From positions 51,524,001 to 51,588,000 of the forward strand of contig CM052816.1 in the NCBI GenBank assembly GCA_028534125.1: 64,000 nt of DNA, given 5' to 3'. The first letter of the stretch is position 1. Each line of letters begins with the position of its first letter. This DNA is from Lama glama (taxonomy: Eukaryota). The position numbers were made by a program, and so were the translations under genes. The notes under the pieces are model-generated. The model saw only the letters and a program-made list of their open reading frames with translations. It searched no databases and had not been told where the DNA came from. Shown piece by piece: positions 1-11,700 of the stretch.

Positions 1-77
1 ATTAGTTGAATCTGATTAGGATACATTTAATTGTCTTAATGTGCTTGTAGGTTTTAAATCCTAAAGTATGTATTTAA

Positions 78-423
78 CACGTTAATCGCCCACTAAGAAT
101 CGGGTGTGTTTCCTTTGGGGCCCAGATTCACATTTCACCGCAGTGTGACATACTAACAATATACGTGCTTATAATTAATCCATTTGTTTTCCCAGTAAAA
201 TTGAAACTGTTTTTAAAAACAATTTCTTATCTTATTTTCAATTTTAAACCTCTTAACAGTTTTATTTCTTTTTAGAATGTCATTATTCTGCATGGAATAA
301 ATTTGGGTAACTTGTAAAAACCTGCATAATTGGATGAAGGAAAGTGTCACCCATATTTGGGTGACGGGACCCCTGAGGAAACACAGCTGTCACCCAGATT
401 TGGGTGACATTGCAATCAATGTG
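78..423. mobile_element. Non-autonomous piggyBac-like DNA element (possibly Looper-related)
   Basis: TTAA (74-77) and TTAG (424-427) flanks. Terminal inverted repeat CACGTTAATCGC vs reverse-complement CACATTGATTGC (9/12). Subterminal inverted repeat at 105-122 and 368-385. Two palindromes at 346-365 and 388-409. Confidence 0.7.
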
Positions 424-3400
424 TTAGGTACATTATAAGTTTTTAGACTTAAAAAATCAGTTGATTATTCTTAATTTTAGTTGCTCCTGGAAAATTGTGT
501 AAAATAAACATAATTTAAACTACATATCTGGTATTTAGTATTAAAGCACTTTTGTGTTTCCTTAGTTTACCGCTTAAAATTTCTTAATGGGTATCAGCTG
601 TGTAATGTTTTCTGTTAATAGATTCTTCAAGAATTTTAATATATTAGTGGCTTTTAAAAACTTCAGTATTTTATATGGAGATTAATAAGAGAATAATAGA
701 AAGTGAGTTAAACAAATTTCCAGATTTTTTTAAATCTCCCATAGCACTGAGCATAAGAGTGTTCATATATATAGATACTGTCTATGTGTGCTGTTGGATG
801 GCTAGTGGGATGGCTGTGTAAATGGATGAGTGGATAAATTAATATATTCAGATTTGTTTTTATACATATTATATAAACATGCATGTTTTACATATAGATA
901 TGTAAATATACACATTTATGCATATACAAGTTGGTTTATATATAGATATTTTATGTCTACATATAAAATATATATTGTTTTGGATAGTTTGGATAAGAGC
1001 TTTCCAAGGTGTGTACCATTGAAAATGGTATGGCAGGGAAACGGAAGCTGGTGATTCTATTTCAGAAGACTTGTAGGTACCTGGGAAAGCATATGTAAGA
1101 TGACAGTTTTTACAAAAGTTAGTGAACTAAGGATAGTGAAAGCCTGCCATACCCGCCACCAGCTGTCATCATGCCATCATTAATTATATACCACGGTGGA
1201 AGGCTTGAGACAGGAGCACAAAAGAGCACCAAATGACTAAGGAGAATCACTGACCCTCCACCTCATTGCTTAGGTAACATAGACACACCACTGCCACTTT
1301 GTGACCGCAGTCATCATGTGACCATTTCACATGGTGCGGGTCGCATGGCTTTTTGTCTGGCTTGGGTATTCACTCTCTGCCTCAGCTCCCAGTTTTCTGT
1401 TCACATGTTGAAGAAACTAAAACAGTGGAAATAGCCAGGTACTCTTGGCATTTATTCATTTTAGGTAGCCAATATTTTTAGCACTTCCTCAGTATATTTA
1501 TTATACAAGAAAACGTAACAAATATAATGAAGCAAAAAAATGTAGACTTTGTCAAAGGGTACAAGAAAAAGCTTGGCACCAAATTCTGGATCTGTGGATT
1601 GGGGAAAAAAAAAAACTTGTTTAAAATAAACTGAAAGATAATATGAAATAAGCTGACCTTATTAAGCTCTTTTTTGGTTTTTCTCTTTTTAGAGAAAACA
1701 TTGATAAACATTAATAAATCCAATGTTTTCTGTTGCTTGGAAAGTAAACACAAAGACTTAGCTTCAGTGCTTAACAGTTCAGTGAAAGTGGAATTGAATT
1801 TAAACAATTGAATTTTAAAATCATTATTTTGACTTTTTTCCTTGGAAATATGTATTGTGTTTCCCTCTGGACCTCCTCAGATAACCTGATGTGTTTCTCT
1901 TGGCCCTCAGAATCACTGTATCAGTACCAAAATTTGTGTGTCCATCTGACAGACACTGCAGATAATGGTTAAAGATGCCTGCACTTTGGGGGTCAGTCCT
2001 CTTGGGTTGCAGACACTACATGTTTGTTCTCTCATGACTGCAAATGTTTTGTCATGGCATAATATCTTTACAATAATTTGTGTGTTCTCAAAGCTTACTT
2101 TTAAATCTAATTTTTAAACTTCGGTTAAGTTATTTAATTAATTTTTTAAAAATTATGTAAACACTAAAGGTTTTTATAACTTAATGGGCAAACTGCTTTG
2201 GCATTTAATCCTTAATTAAATATTGAACCACTTTAATAAAGTAGCCACCACACAAAGAATACTGAATAAGATATGTGAAAAAAATAAAAGGCAGTGTGTG
2301 TGTGGGGGGGGGGACGAAAATCCCTCATTAAAACAACCAGTTTGTCTTTTGTAATAAACAGTGGAGAATATGTGTAAACATCTGCTCTTATTCCTAGTGA
2401 TTTGAGTTTGAGTATGTTAAGGTTTAAGCATGAGAAATCAAAGTTCTTTTACTGTCCAGTAGTTCAATATGAGACTTGAATGGCAGCTTGGAGTGGGTCA
2501 CAGATCTCTTAGCTGACTAAGGACTATGAAGATATTATGTAGCAATTTAAGGTGACATAATGGAAAGAGGCAAAAAAAAAAAATTCTGATCTACCTTCCT
2601 GTAACAAAATGACAAAAAAAGTGGTGACCCAGTTTGAATTGGCATTTGGGTCGTGTAACATAGGGATTCTCTCTACTGGGATTGAGCACTAGCAGGGAGC
2701 TCATAGTCAAATGCCTGGATGAAAGTGTGAAAAAAAAAAAACAGTATTCCTGCATTTGTTTGGAACTTACTGGCATTGTGTTTCACATGCTTTGTATTTT
2801 TAGAATCTTGTTTTGAAGCTTCCACTGCTTTGCATGAAAGCCCCATGTGTAAGTAGTATTGAGGAAGAATCTATAGCTTTTGTCCCCTTCTAAATACTTC
2901 AAAATCTTTTTTATTATTAAAGTATTAATGATACTGATTTCTTTCAAAGTATGCCTTATTAATCTCATATATCTTTTCTTCTAATCATCCCTATTAATGA
3001 TACAGTTAAATTTAAGTTTCAATCCTCTGTGAAACATTAGTGACTGTGTAAGTTGGTAGTCTAGGATAAAAGGGTTCAGAGGTCGGATGGGTTTATGGAA
3101 TGGTACATCTCTTTTTAGTGAATCATAACGTACATCATAATGTCAAAGACTGTGAGAGTTGCTGAATCAAATAATTATGTTTAGTCCAGAGTTTCTTTGG
3201 AGGCCAGCAGTAGATTAAAAGTGATGAGGATGTCTGTTGTCACAGTATTTTTTATATTTTGATGGGCTTGTTTTGATATTACTAAAAGGCCTTATGAGAT
3301 TAACCTAGTCAAAAAGTTCTTTTTCATTTGAGACATCTTTAGGGCAATCATTTAGAATAGTGTTTGACACATAGATGCTGAATAAAGAAAAAAATTTGTT

Positions 3401-6400
3401 AAGATTGATCAAGGATATAGTGAAATATATAGTGAAATATAAAGACTTTAAAATTAAATTGGCCTCTTGTGGTGTGCAGTATTTCTACAGAGTCCTCCTT
3501 CCTTGATTGCTCCAGGAAATATTTTTCCTACATTATCCTCCTGGCTTTTTCTGGCTTCATAGTTGGGGTTGGGAGGTAGAGGATGGAGAAACTCAGGAGC
3601 TGGGAGACCCATGACCTAAGCCTTAGCAATCCTGGACTCCTGAACCCAGCTACTCTGGGGATGGTAACTTCAGTTAGGACTGATTTTTCCTTCCATTTAT
3701 GCTCTTGGTTGTCTGTGCCCTTACAGGACTGCAGCTGAAGTTGTTGCTCAACTGGAAATAATCAGATCATTCCATTTACCGCCGTATTATTCTTCTGTTT
3801 TACTTTAGAAATCTTGAAGTCTTTCACAACTTGGAGGGTTACATTTCTAGCTCTTTAAGTCCTGATTGAAGGAAAAGTAACTTTCATAATGTGCTTTAGT
3901 TTATCTATCTACCAGTATATTCAAAGTATTTACCACAATGATAATGGCACTATTTTAACCATAACGTGCTAGCACTTTACATAGCTGATCTGTAATTGTT
4001 ACAACCACCCCAAGTGGTAATTACTAAGTAGTTCAGTTTTGCAGGCAAGATGTAGTCTCTGAGAGATTTATATTGGTTTTGTGGTAGTTTTTCTCATAAA
4101 GTAGTCTGTAATTCATTTTTTAAAACTTGTTTTTAGAGCCTTTAGTTAGGATTCAATATATTGGAGGGGAAAAATAGGGGGAAACTATTAAAACTCATCC
4201 TTATTTTTACTTATTTACATTTTTACATTCATTTTTTACTCACCCATTGGATTAATCATTTTTTGGCTTCCTCTTTTGTATGTATCTTGCTTAGAAGTAA
4301 CCCAGTGCAACAGAAAGATACTTGCTGAGACCAAGGAATTAATCTGCTTCCTTTATTTCCACTTTTCCCCCCACTGCTTTTCATTCCCATGGGTGAGTTA
4401 GGCATAGACAGGGCTGTGGCAGTTATTACAGACAGCAGGATTATTAAAGGAGTGTGAAGGCTGTGATGGTAGGATAATCATCTTAACTCCCTGTCCTGCT
4501 GCCATTTTGGACAAAACTAGTGGCACCAGAGAGCTGCCTGCAAATTCTTAATGATTTTTTCAGTGGATTTTTTTTTTCATGATGTGGTAATTGAAGAATG
4601 GCCATCCAAAGTAGTTGCATTGAACATTCAGTAACCAAGACCAACAACACTCCATCTTACATTACACTTAGCAATTATTTATTTAGACTGTTGCAATGTT
4701 TTTCCTGTTTTGATCTTGAATTTTTCTCAGTCTCAAATTAACACTTTACAATGTGTCATGAATAGGGACTTTGTAACTAACAAAGTGTTATATTAGTTTA
4801 GTTAAACTAATGGATCCCAATGGCAAAGTACCTATTGAAGAAGAATTCTTTTTTTCAAATCCTAGAAGCTTAAATTATGTGCCAGTGTTCCTTTTGCTTT
4901 ATTATTCCTTAAATTTATTCCTGGCAGACTACAGTTATAAAGGTTTGTTGGACTCTCCTCTCAACCCTTGGTTATGTCATTTTTTAAAACAACTTACACT
5001 ATGGAGTTTGGCATTTATAATTTTATCAAAACTTGGCAAAACGTGCACAGTTTAAATACATGCTCTTTTCTTTCCATTTCCTTTGCTATTCATCAACCCT
5101 TTCTTATTGCCAAAAATGAGTTATTTGTTAAGACTAAGATAACTTTTGGTGTTCACTGTCTTACCTTTTTGTTTTGAGATGATTTGTGCCATTTTAAAAA
5201 CTAGTATAAATCACATATGGAAGTAGGTGAAACTTCCAAACAAAAAGTATTAATTCAATACTGGTAGAGTAGATAGCATTACATAGTACATTAGGCCACC
5301 TGATTTATTGTTTACATATAGAGTGGAAGAAGGAAGCTTAATATACTAAAAACTTAAAATTAATTTTTATTATAATCTGATTTTATGGTACTTTATTCTT
5401 CAAAATCTTCTAAGTAGTTTAAGAAACAATAAGTTTAAAAATACTAGGTTATATTTGTCATAGTTATTAACTATTATGTTTACCTTGTTTGTCCTTTTTT
5501 CCCCCTGAAACAATGGTTTTATTTCAAATGATGTAAGTCTAATTAAAATAGAAGATCAGGCAAGTGATATTAATGAAGCATTCCATGCAAATAAACAGCA
5601 GGTTGTACATTCCACTAGAAGCTGGCATAGACTGTTGTAATAAAAACATACCTGAGAGTATAACTATTTTAGTGAATGAAAGAAGAAGTGGAACCAAAAA
5701 CAACCAGTCTGGATAATTCAGTACGAAAGAGTGTTCTACCTCAGCTAGTCTTCTTTCCCCTACTCCTCAGTTTTATGTAGAAAAATGTTCTCAGTCTTCC
5801 ATTTAATTTTTCTGGCTGGTTAAAATGGAAAGCATTTATAATGTTATCTTGTTAAAAAAAAAAAACAGTGAAAGATGACTTAACATCTCATGTTTTGACT
5901 GGACAGACCTAATTTTTGACAGCCTGTCGAGGGTAGATAAGATTTTGGCCATGAATAAGCTAAGATTGCTTAAAGAGGAATCCCCACTTATCTCAGGTAA
6001 CCTAAAGGATAAAGAAGACTCCTTTCTTTTAGAGCTCTGAAATGCCCTGCACTCTGTCTTAACTGGTCATGGACACAGGTTTATCATGGAAGAGGACTCT
6101 TAGGGATGTTGGGCTTCTCCCCACCCCCAACCTCCACCCACCTTCTTTTTCCAAATACTTGTTCAGTGATTAAAGTGTGACAAATGCTGAGTACAGGATA
6201 AAATGCTGAACAAGACCACTCGAGGCTCCTGCTCTTCAGTGGTTTACAGTTCTATCTCCCCATACTTTTTACTTCTTAGTATAGGAAAATATGAATGAAT
6301 AACTCTATATGCTGCCGCAGTGTTTAGGTAAGTTGTCTTTCGAAAGGTGGTTGGTAAATTGGCTTGTTTGATACAGGGACCATATCCCCAAAGAGAAAAT

Positions 6401-7359
6401 ATTATAACTTGTAGTTACATTCCCAGATGGTACCCATAATATAGCTGAATTCCATAACTAACAATATTATGGTTTCCCTTTGTCTTTGGGGATGCAAATT
6501 CCAACTGTAAATTTAAAATTTAAGGACTCTGTTTCACTTTACAACAGTTTCAATACGTGAAGAATGTTTCTTTTCCCCATCCCCAGTTTCCATTTGCCCT
6601 AAACAACAGGATGTGTTTCCCATTTTTCTCCCCAGCCCATTGGCAGTGAGAGATTTCTTCACCTACTGTGGTAGTGATGAGACAAGAAGAGAATGAGTGT
6701 CCCCTGCAGCTGTGGCTGGAGGGAGATGTGGCTTTGGGGAGTTAGAGGAATGAGTGAAGTAGTTACAGTTGGAGACAGATACATGAAAGATCGTTCAAGA
6801 GGTGGAGACCTTTTTGTACCTAGAAAAGAAAGAACAGGAGTTTAGGGAAGATGGAGTAGTTATTAGGAAGGGATCAAGATGGCATTAAAGGAATGGGGTA
6901 GCGTAAGTTGAATGTGGTACAGCAGGGAACTGGAGGGGGATGTTTAACAATAGGTGCACAAAAGGAAAATAGAATCTTGGTAGTCTACCGAGGGGCTTCA
7001 ATTTCTCAGATGTGGCAGATTTACAGGATTCACATTTGCAAGTCAGGTTCTGCCTGTACACTGTTTCTTGTTATTGACACTTCCTTTGTATCTGTAATAT
7101 CATTAGGAAATATTTAAATGTCTGTAGATCACATGGTACTTTAAAAATGTTACTTTTATGCTTTGAAATTCTTTATTAAATGGTCCTTTAAATTACATAA
7201 TCTTTGTGACCTTTTCAATGATAAATATTATGCCTTTTAGTATAAACTAAAAACAAGTCAAATCTCATTTGGTCAAAGTAAAGGGAGAAGTTTCTGGCAA
7301 TAATAATCTAGTTAGCTTACATTAACCATCTGGTTTTGCATGTTGTCTGCTTTTTATAT

Positions 7360-8290
7360 TAAAGCCCTCAGCATATTAATCATAGTTTAAAAAAAATTCC
7401 TGGTCTGATAATTTCAACACTCTTGCCACGTCAGACTTGGTTCTAATGCTTATTCAGCCTCTTCAAATGGTGTTTTGTTTGTTTATTTGTTTGTTTCCCT
7501 TTGATATGCCTTTTAGTTTTTTGTTGAAAGGTGGACGTGGTGTCCCGAGTATAACAAAAAGTAGTAAGTATGCCTTAAGTAACACAGTGGGAAGATGAGG
7601 GTGGGGGTGTATTCCATAGGCCTAGGATTAGGTTTTAGTCTTCTGTGAGCCTGTGTTCCTGGACTCTGGACTTCACCAGTGCTTCTCAGCTGCTGCTGCT
7701 GCCTTTTTGTTGTTGTTGTGTTTTTTTGTCCCCTTAGGTGGAACAGGACGCCTAGAGGAGGCTGGAGTTGTGTATGTTTTATGTCACTTACCTTAAGCAG
7801 GTTAAACTCTGATGAAACCCCAGCAGTTTAGGCTGTAGCAAAATGGTTTCTCCTGAGGGCAGCTCTTTTTAAGAAGAATAAAATGCTCTTGTGTATTTCA
7901 AAATTATTGTTTCCCCCCATCCCCTGCCAGAAGCATGAAGGGATTTTTCTTTGATATTCACTGTGAGAACCAGCTTGGGCTCCTGTAGGTAAAACTCACC
8001 AAGGTATGGAGGTCCCCAGTGAGTGGTTTCCTCGGAGTTTTTCTCCCTCAGACTTGTCCATGCTGAGCCTCTAGCAGTTTGTCAGTTCCAGTTCAGGTTT
8101 TCCTACCCAGTCCCTGGGTTCTGGGTAGGTTCCTTTTGTGGGGTTTCCTCTCTGGTTAGTTGTATTTCTCTACATCTGCCAGTCTCTCTCTCCAGTTTTG
8201 GGGACAGTGGTTTGCTCTGTGACTTCACCTCTCTTAACAGATCTAAGGCTCATTGATTTTTCAGTTTGTTCAGCTTTTTACTGTAGAAAG
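7360..8290 (-). mobile_element. Ancient L1 (L1M-type) 5'UTR/ORF1-start fragment
   Basis: Motifs such as ctggtctgataatttcaac and gctgagcctctagcagtttgtcagttccagttcaggttttcctaccc resemble old L1M 5' ends. Confidence 0.6.
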
Positions 8291-8559
8291 AAGCCATTGC
8301 CAGATCTGGGCAGGCTGTGTTTGCCATGTTCAGATATCTGGCCCTTATTGTATAGGTGTGAGTGTCCACCGATGACCAAGGAAGTGGCTGTAAGAGGGCG
8401 ATGCTTTCTAGTGATCTTTTGACTTCTCAGTGGAGAGGAGCACAGATACGAGAAAGGAAGACCAGTTCAACTACTATGACAGTAACCTGGGAAAGCAACA
8501 GTGAGGGCATTGCCAGAGAGGATAGATAGGAGATTGAGGACACTTTGTAACTGACTGCA

Positions 8560-9110
8560 TAGCAAGCAAGAGTAAGGAACTGAGGGTGACCAGCAGGGTT
8601 TTGGTTTGGGCAGCTAAATGGGTATGTGTCATTAACTAAGAGGAGGAACGGAGAAAACTGTGGCATTTAAGTTTCCTGGGGGATATCCAGGTGGATGTGC
8701 CCAGTAAACATTTGAATAAACTGACCTGGAGCTTTTAGCAAATTCTGAGTTGGATATAGAGGTTTGGTAGTGTCAACATTGACTGTTTTCTCTTGACTGG
8801 CATAGTAGGTCTGAGGAAATGTGTGGAATGAGAAGAGGACCATGAAATAATCTTAGGGAATGCCAGCGTTTCAGGGGTAGGTGGAAAGAGAAAAACTTGT
8901 AGGAAAAACAAAGCAATGGTTTAAGATATGGAAGAGAATGAGTAAAGGGTGATTTGATGTTTTAAGCCCAAGGGAGTTATCACCAGAATTAAATACACTA
9001 AAGAAGTAAACTAAGACCAGGATTGCACAGTGACCACTTTGGATAATGCAGCAAGAGCAGTTCAGGTCAAGTTGTGTGGAAGTCACATTATGGGAAGACT
9101 GGAGAATAAG
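8560..9110. mobile_element. L2 LINE fragment
   Basis: Purine-rich L2-like text (gatatccaggtggatgtgcccagtaaacatttgaa; gtgaccactttggataatgcagcaagagcagtttcagg). Confidence 0.6.
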
Positions 9111-9129
9111 TCTTGACTTATCAGCACAT

Positions 9130-9970
9130 GTATGAGTTAAGAACTGATTAGGTTCCACATAACTGGAAACCCTAACTAGTAATAAGATTAAAATATTTTT
9201 CCTCTTAAATAAAAGAAGTCTGAATGTTGAGAATCCAGGGCTGAAGTGGCAGTTCCTTGTCAGGGATCTGTTCTGTGAAGTGTCAGGGAACTGTACCTCC
9301 TCTACCTTTTTATTCTAGTGTTTTAGTCACCTTGGGCTGCTGTGATAAAGTACCATTGACTGAGTGGCTTATAAAGAACAGAAATTTATTTCTCACAGTT
9401 CTGGAGGCTGGAAGTCTAATATGAGAGGGCCAGCACAGTGTAGTTCTGGGGAGGACCCTTTTCCAGGTGGTAGATTGCCAACTTCTTGTTGTATCTACAT
9501 GGTGGGAAGAAAGCTAGCCTGCTCTCAGGTCTCTTCTGTCAGGGCACTAATCCCATTATAAGACTTGACCCTCATGACCTAATTACCTCCCAAAGGTCCC
9601 ACTTCTAAACACCATCACATTGGGATTAGGGTTTTAATGTATCAGTTTTGAGGGAACACAAACATTCAGTCCATTGCATCTGGAATTCTTCAAGTGATCT
9701 CATTGGTCCAAGATGGAGGCTGAAACTCCAGCCATCACACCAGCCTTACCGGCTGATAGCAGAATAAGGGAACATAGAACAATACCCCTTTGTGTAGGTC
9801 TTCCACCTCAAATCTATATCTCCTTGACCGAACTTCAGGCAAGTAAACACATCCAGCTTCAAGGGAAATAAGGGAACATTATCTTTAGCTGGGGAACAGT
9901 ATGTGCAGGTAAGAATTTGGCTTCTCACTGTTCAGAGAATAGACCTTTGAAGCAATTAACAGTCTCTGCT
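9130..9970 (-). mobile_element. Old MaLR LTR (MLT1J/K/L-like), interrupted by a younger MLT1A
   Basis: aagaagtctgaatg...tccagggctg before the inner LTR; ccaagatggaggctgaaactccagccatcacacc...cagcttcaaggga after it. Confidence 0.6.
9319..9678 (-). mobile_element. MLT1A-type MaLR solo LTR
   Basis: TG...CA termini, aacagaaatttatttctcacagttctggaggctggaagtc core, cattcagtccattgca end, 5-bp TSD tctag/tctgg. Confidence 0.88.
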
Positions 9971-9982
9971 GTGGAAAAGGTT

Positions 9983-9987
<5 letters not shown>

Positions 9988-10034
<47 letters not shown>
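9988..10034. repeat. (TG)n microsatellite, about 23 units
   Basis: Perfect TG run. Confidence 0.98.
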
Positions 10035-10037
<3 letters not shown>

Positions 10038-11129
10038 AGGGAGAATAGAAGCTTATTAAAGCTCTGTATATTTGGTTAATCTACTGTTTTGGAGCTTCCA
10101 TGGTATTTCTCCTGGACATTACTGTGGTTAATCAAAAGGAAACTGTTAAAAATACGGAAATAGATTGTGCACCTGGCAGTGTTTTGATCTACAAACCATT
10201 CTACTTTTAAACACATTTAATTTTGCAGATATTTAGGACAGTCAATTAAGGAAGGCAGACCTTTGCTAAAATATTTTACTTACATTCTATAAATTATATT
10301 TTGGTATGCCAAGGAAACACTGAAATGGCATAGTAATCTGATTTAGTACCATGAACCTATTATAACACATTTTTCTATTTAGCTGGCTTTGTGATTGTCA
10401 ATATAGTGTAATTTATCCCTTTCAACTGTTTTGGGATAAAAAGTATGGCTTCTAATTATAGGGTAGATTAGGTTAAAAGGATTAAACTAACAGGATGTAG
10501 CAATTCTCTGGTCTTTGAAAAACTAACATCTGGGGGAATTTAGAAAGAGTACATGCGTTTAGAAATCGCATGTTCTTTTAGACAGAGTTTTACAGTGATA
10601 CACCTCTTTCCACTTATTGATTGGAACTCGGTTTGTTCCAATTTTACTCATCAAACCAGTTTATATGGGGTTAGTTAACTAATCTTTGGCTGGTAGGGCC
10701 GGGTTTATCCCACAGGTGTAGATAGCATGCTTTTGTCTTACATTTTTGGCTTGGAAACTTTGGCACATTGGTCCATGCTGATCTATGGGAACCACACAAT
10801 CTTATACTATGGAGAAGTAGTTTATCTTCTTAATGTTTGTGTGGAGGAACAGGGTAGTGAGAGTGGTGGTTGTAGTAACAGTTGCTTTAGGTTCACCTTT
10901 GACTGGTGAGCTTGCCACTTCTCTGTCCTTCGCTTGGTAACAGGATGATATTTCATGGGGAATATAATTTCTTCATGGAGGATACTGAATCATGTTGTTT
11001 TGCAGTATTTTTCTAGTCCTAGTGGTCTAAGCTTTGAGTCGTAAATCCTAACCTCAAATCTTCTACCAAATAGTTCTGTTGATTTGGAAGTCACTCAGTT
11101 GCTCTGGGCCATATTTTAGTAGTAATAGG

Positions 11130-11700
11130 ATTATATGATCTTGTGTTTGAGAGGTATTTTAAAGTTCATTTGATCTAAACTGTTCTGTTTAGTGAAGAAA
11201 GCCCCTGCAGTTTCCCCAGCTTCAATCTGTGCTATACCTTTACTCTTTCAGAGATTGGACATTCACATTTCCCAATCCCAAAATGGTTCTTTTCCCAACC
11301 CATAACATTTTTGGATAGCTCTAATGGTCTGCAAAAAAGGCCTTTGGTATATTGAGTTACAGTTTGCCTTCTCATCACTTTAATGCATTGATTTTAGTTC
11401 CAACCTCTTTGGCAATGTGAAATAAGACCAATCCCTCTAATAGCTGACAACCTATTAAGTATTTGAGCCTTTTCTTTCTGTAGATTATGCATCACTGACA
11501 CTTCCAACTATTGCTCACGACTTGTCTTCCCCGCCCCCCCATCTTTCGAGGACTTATTATCTCTCTCTTTCTAGTTCTATATTCTGTTAATGCATTTAAA
11601 GATCAAATTAGCTCTTTTGACAGGGTAGTCAAGTATGCCATTAAACTTGCAGTAAACTAAAACCTGTCTTTTTACATGGCTGTTGTTATATTTGCCTATC
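11130..11700 (-). mobile_element. L3/CR1 LINE fragment
   Basis: ttggatagctctaatgg...tatattgagttacagtttgcc...cattgattttagttcc...aataagaccaatccctct...agtatttgag resembles the L3 3' region. Confidence 0.6.

Noticed and set aside
345..409. CRISPR-like repeat-spacer-repeat of palindromic 20-mers
   Set aside because: Only two units, no cas genes, mammalian intron, and the 'spacer' is itself the subterminal inverted repeat of a TTAA-flanked transposon.
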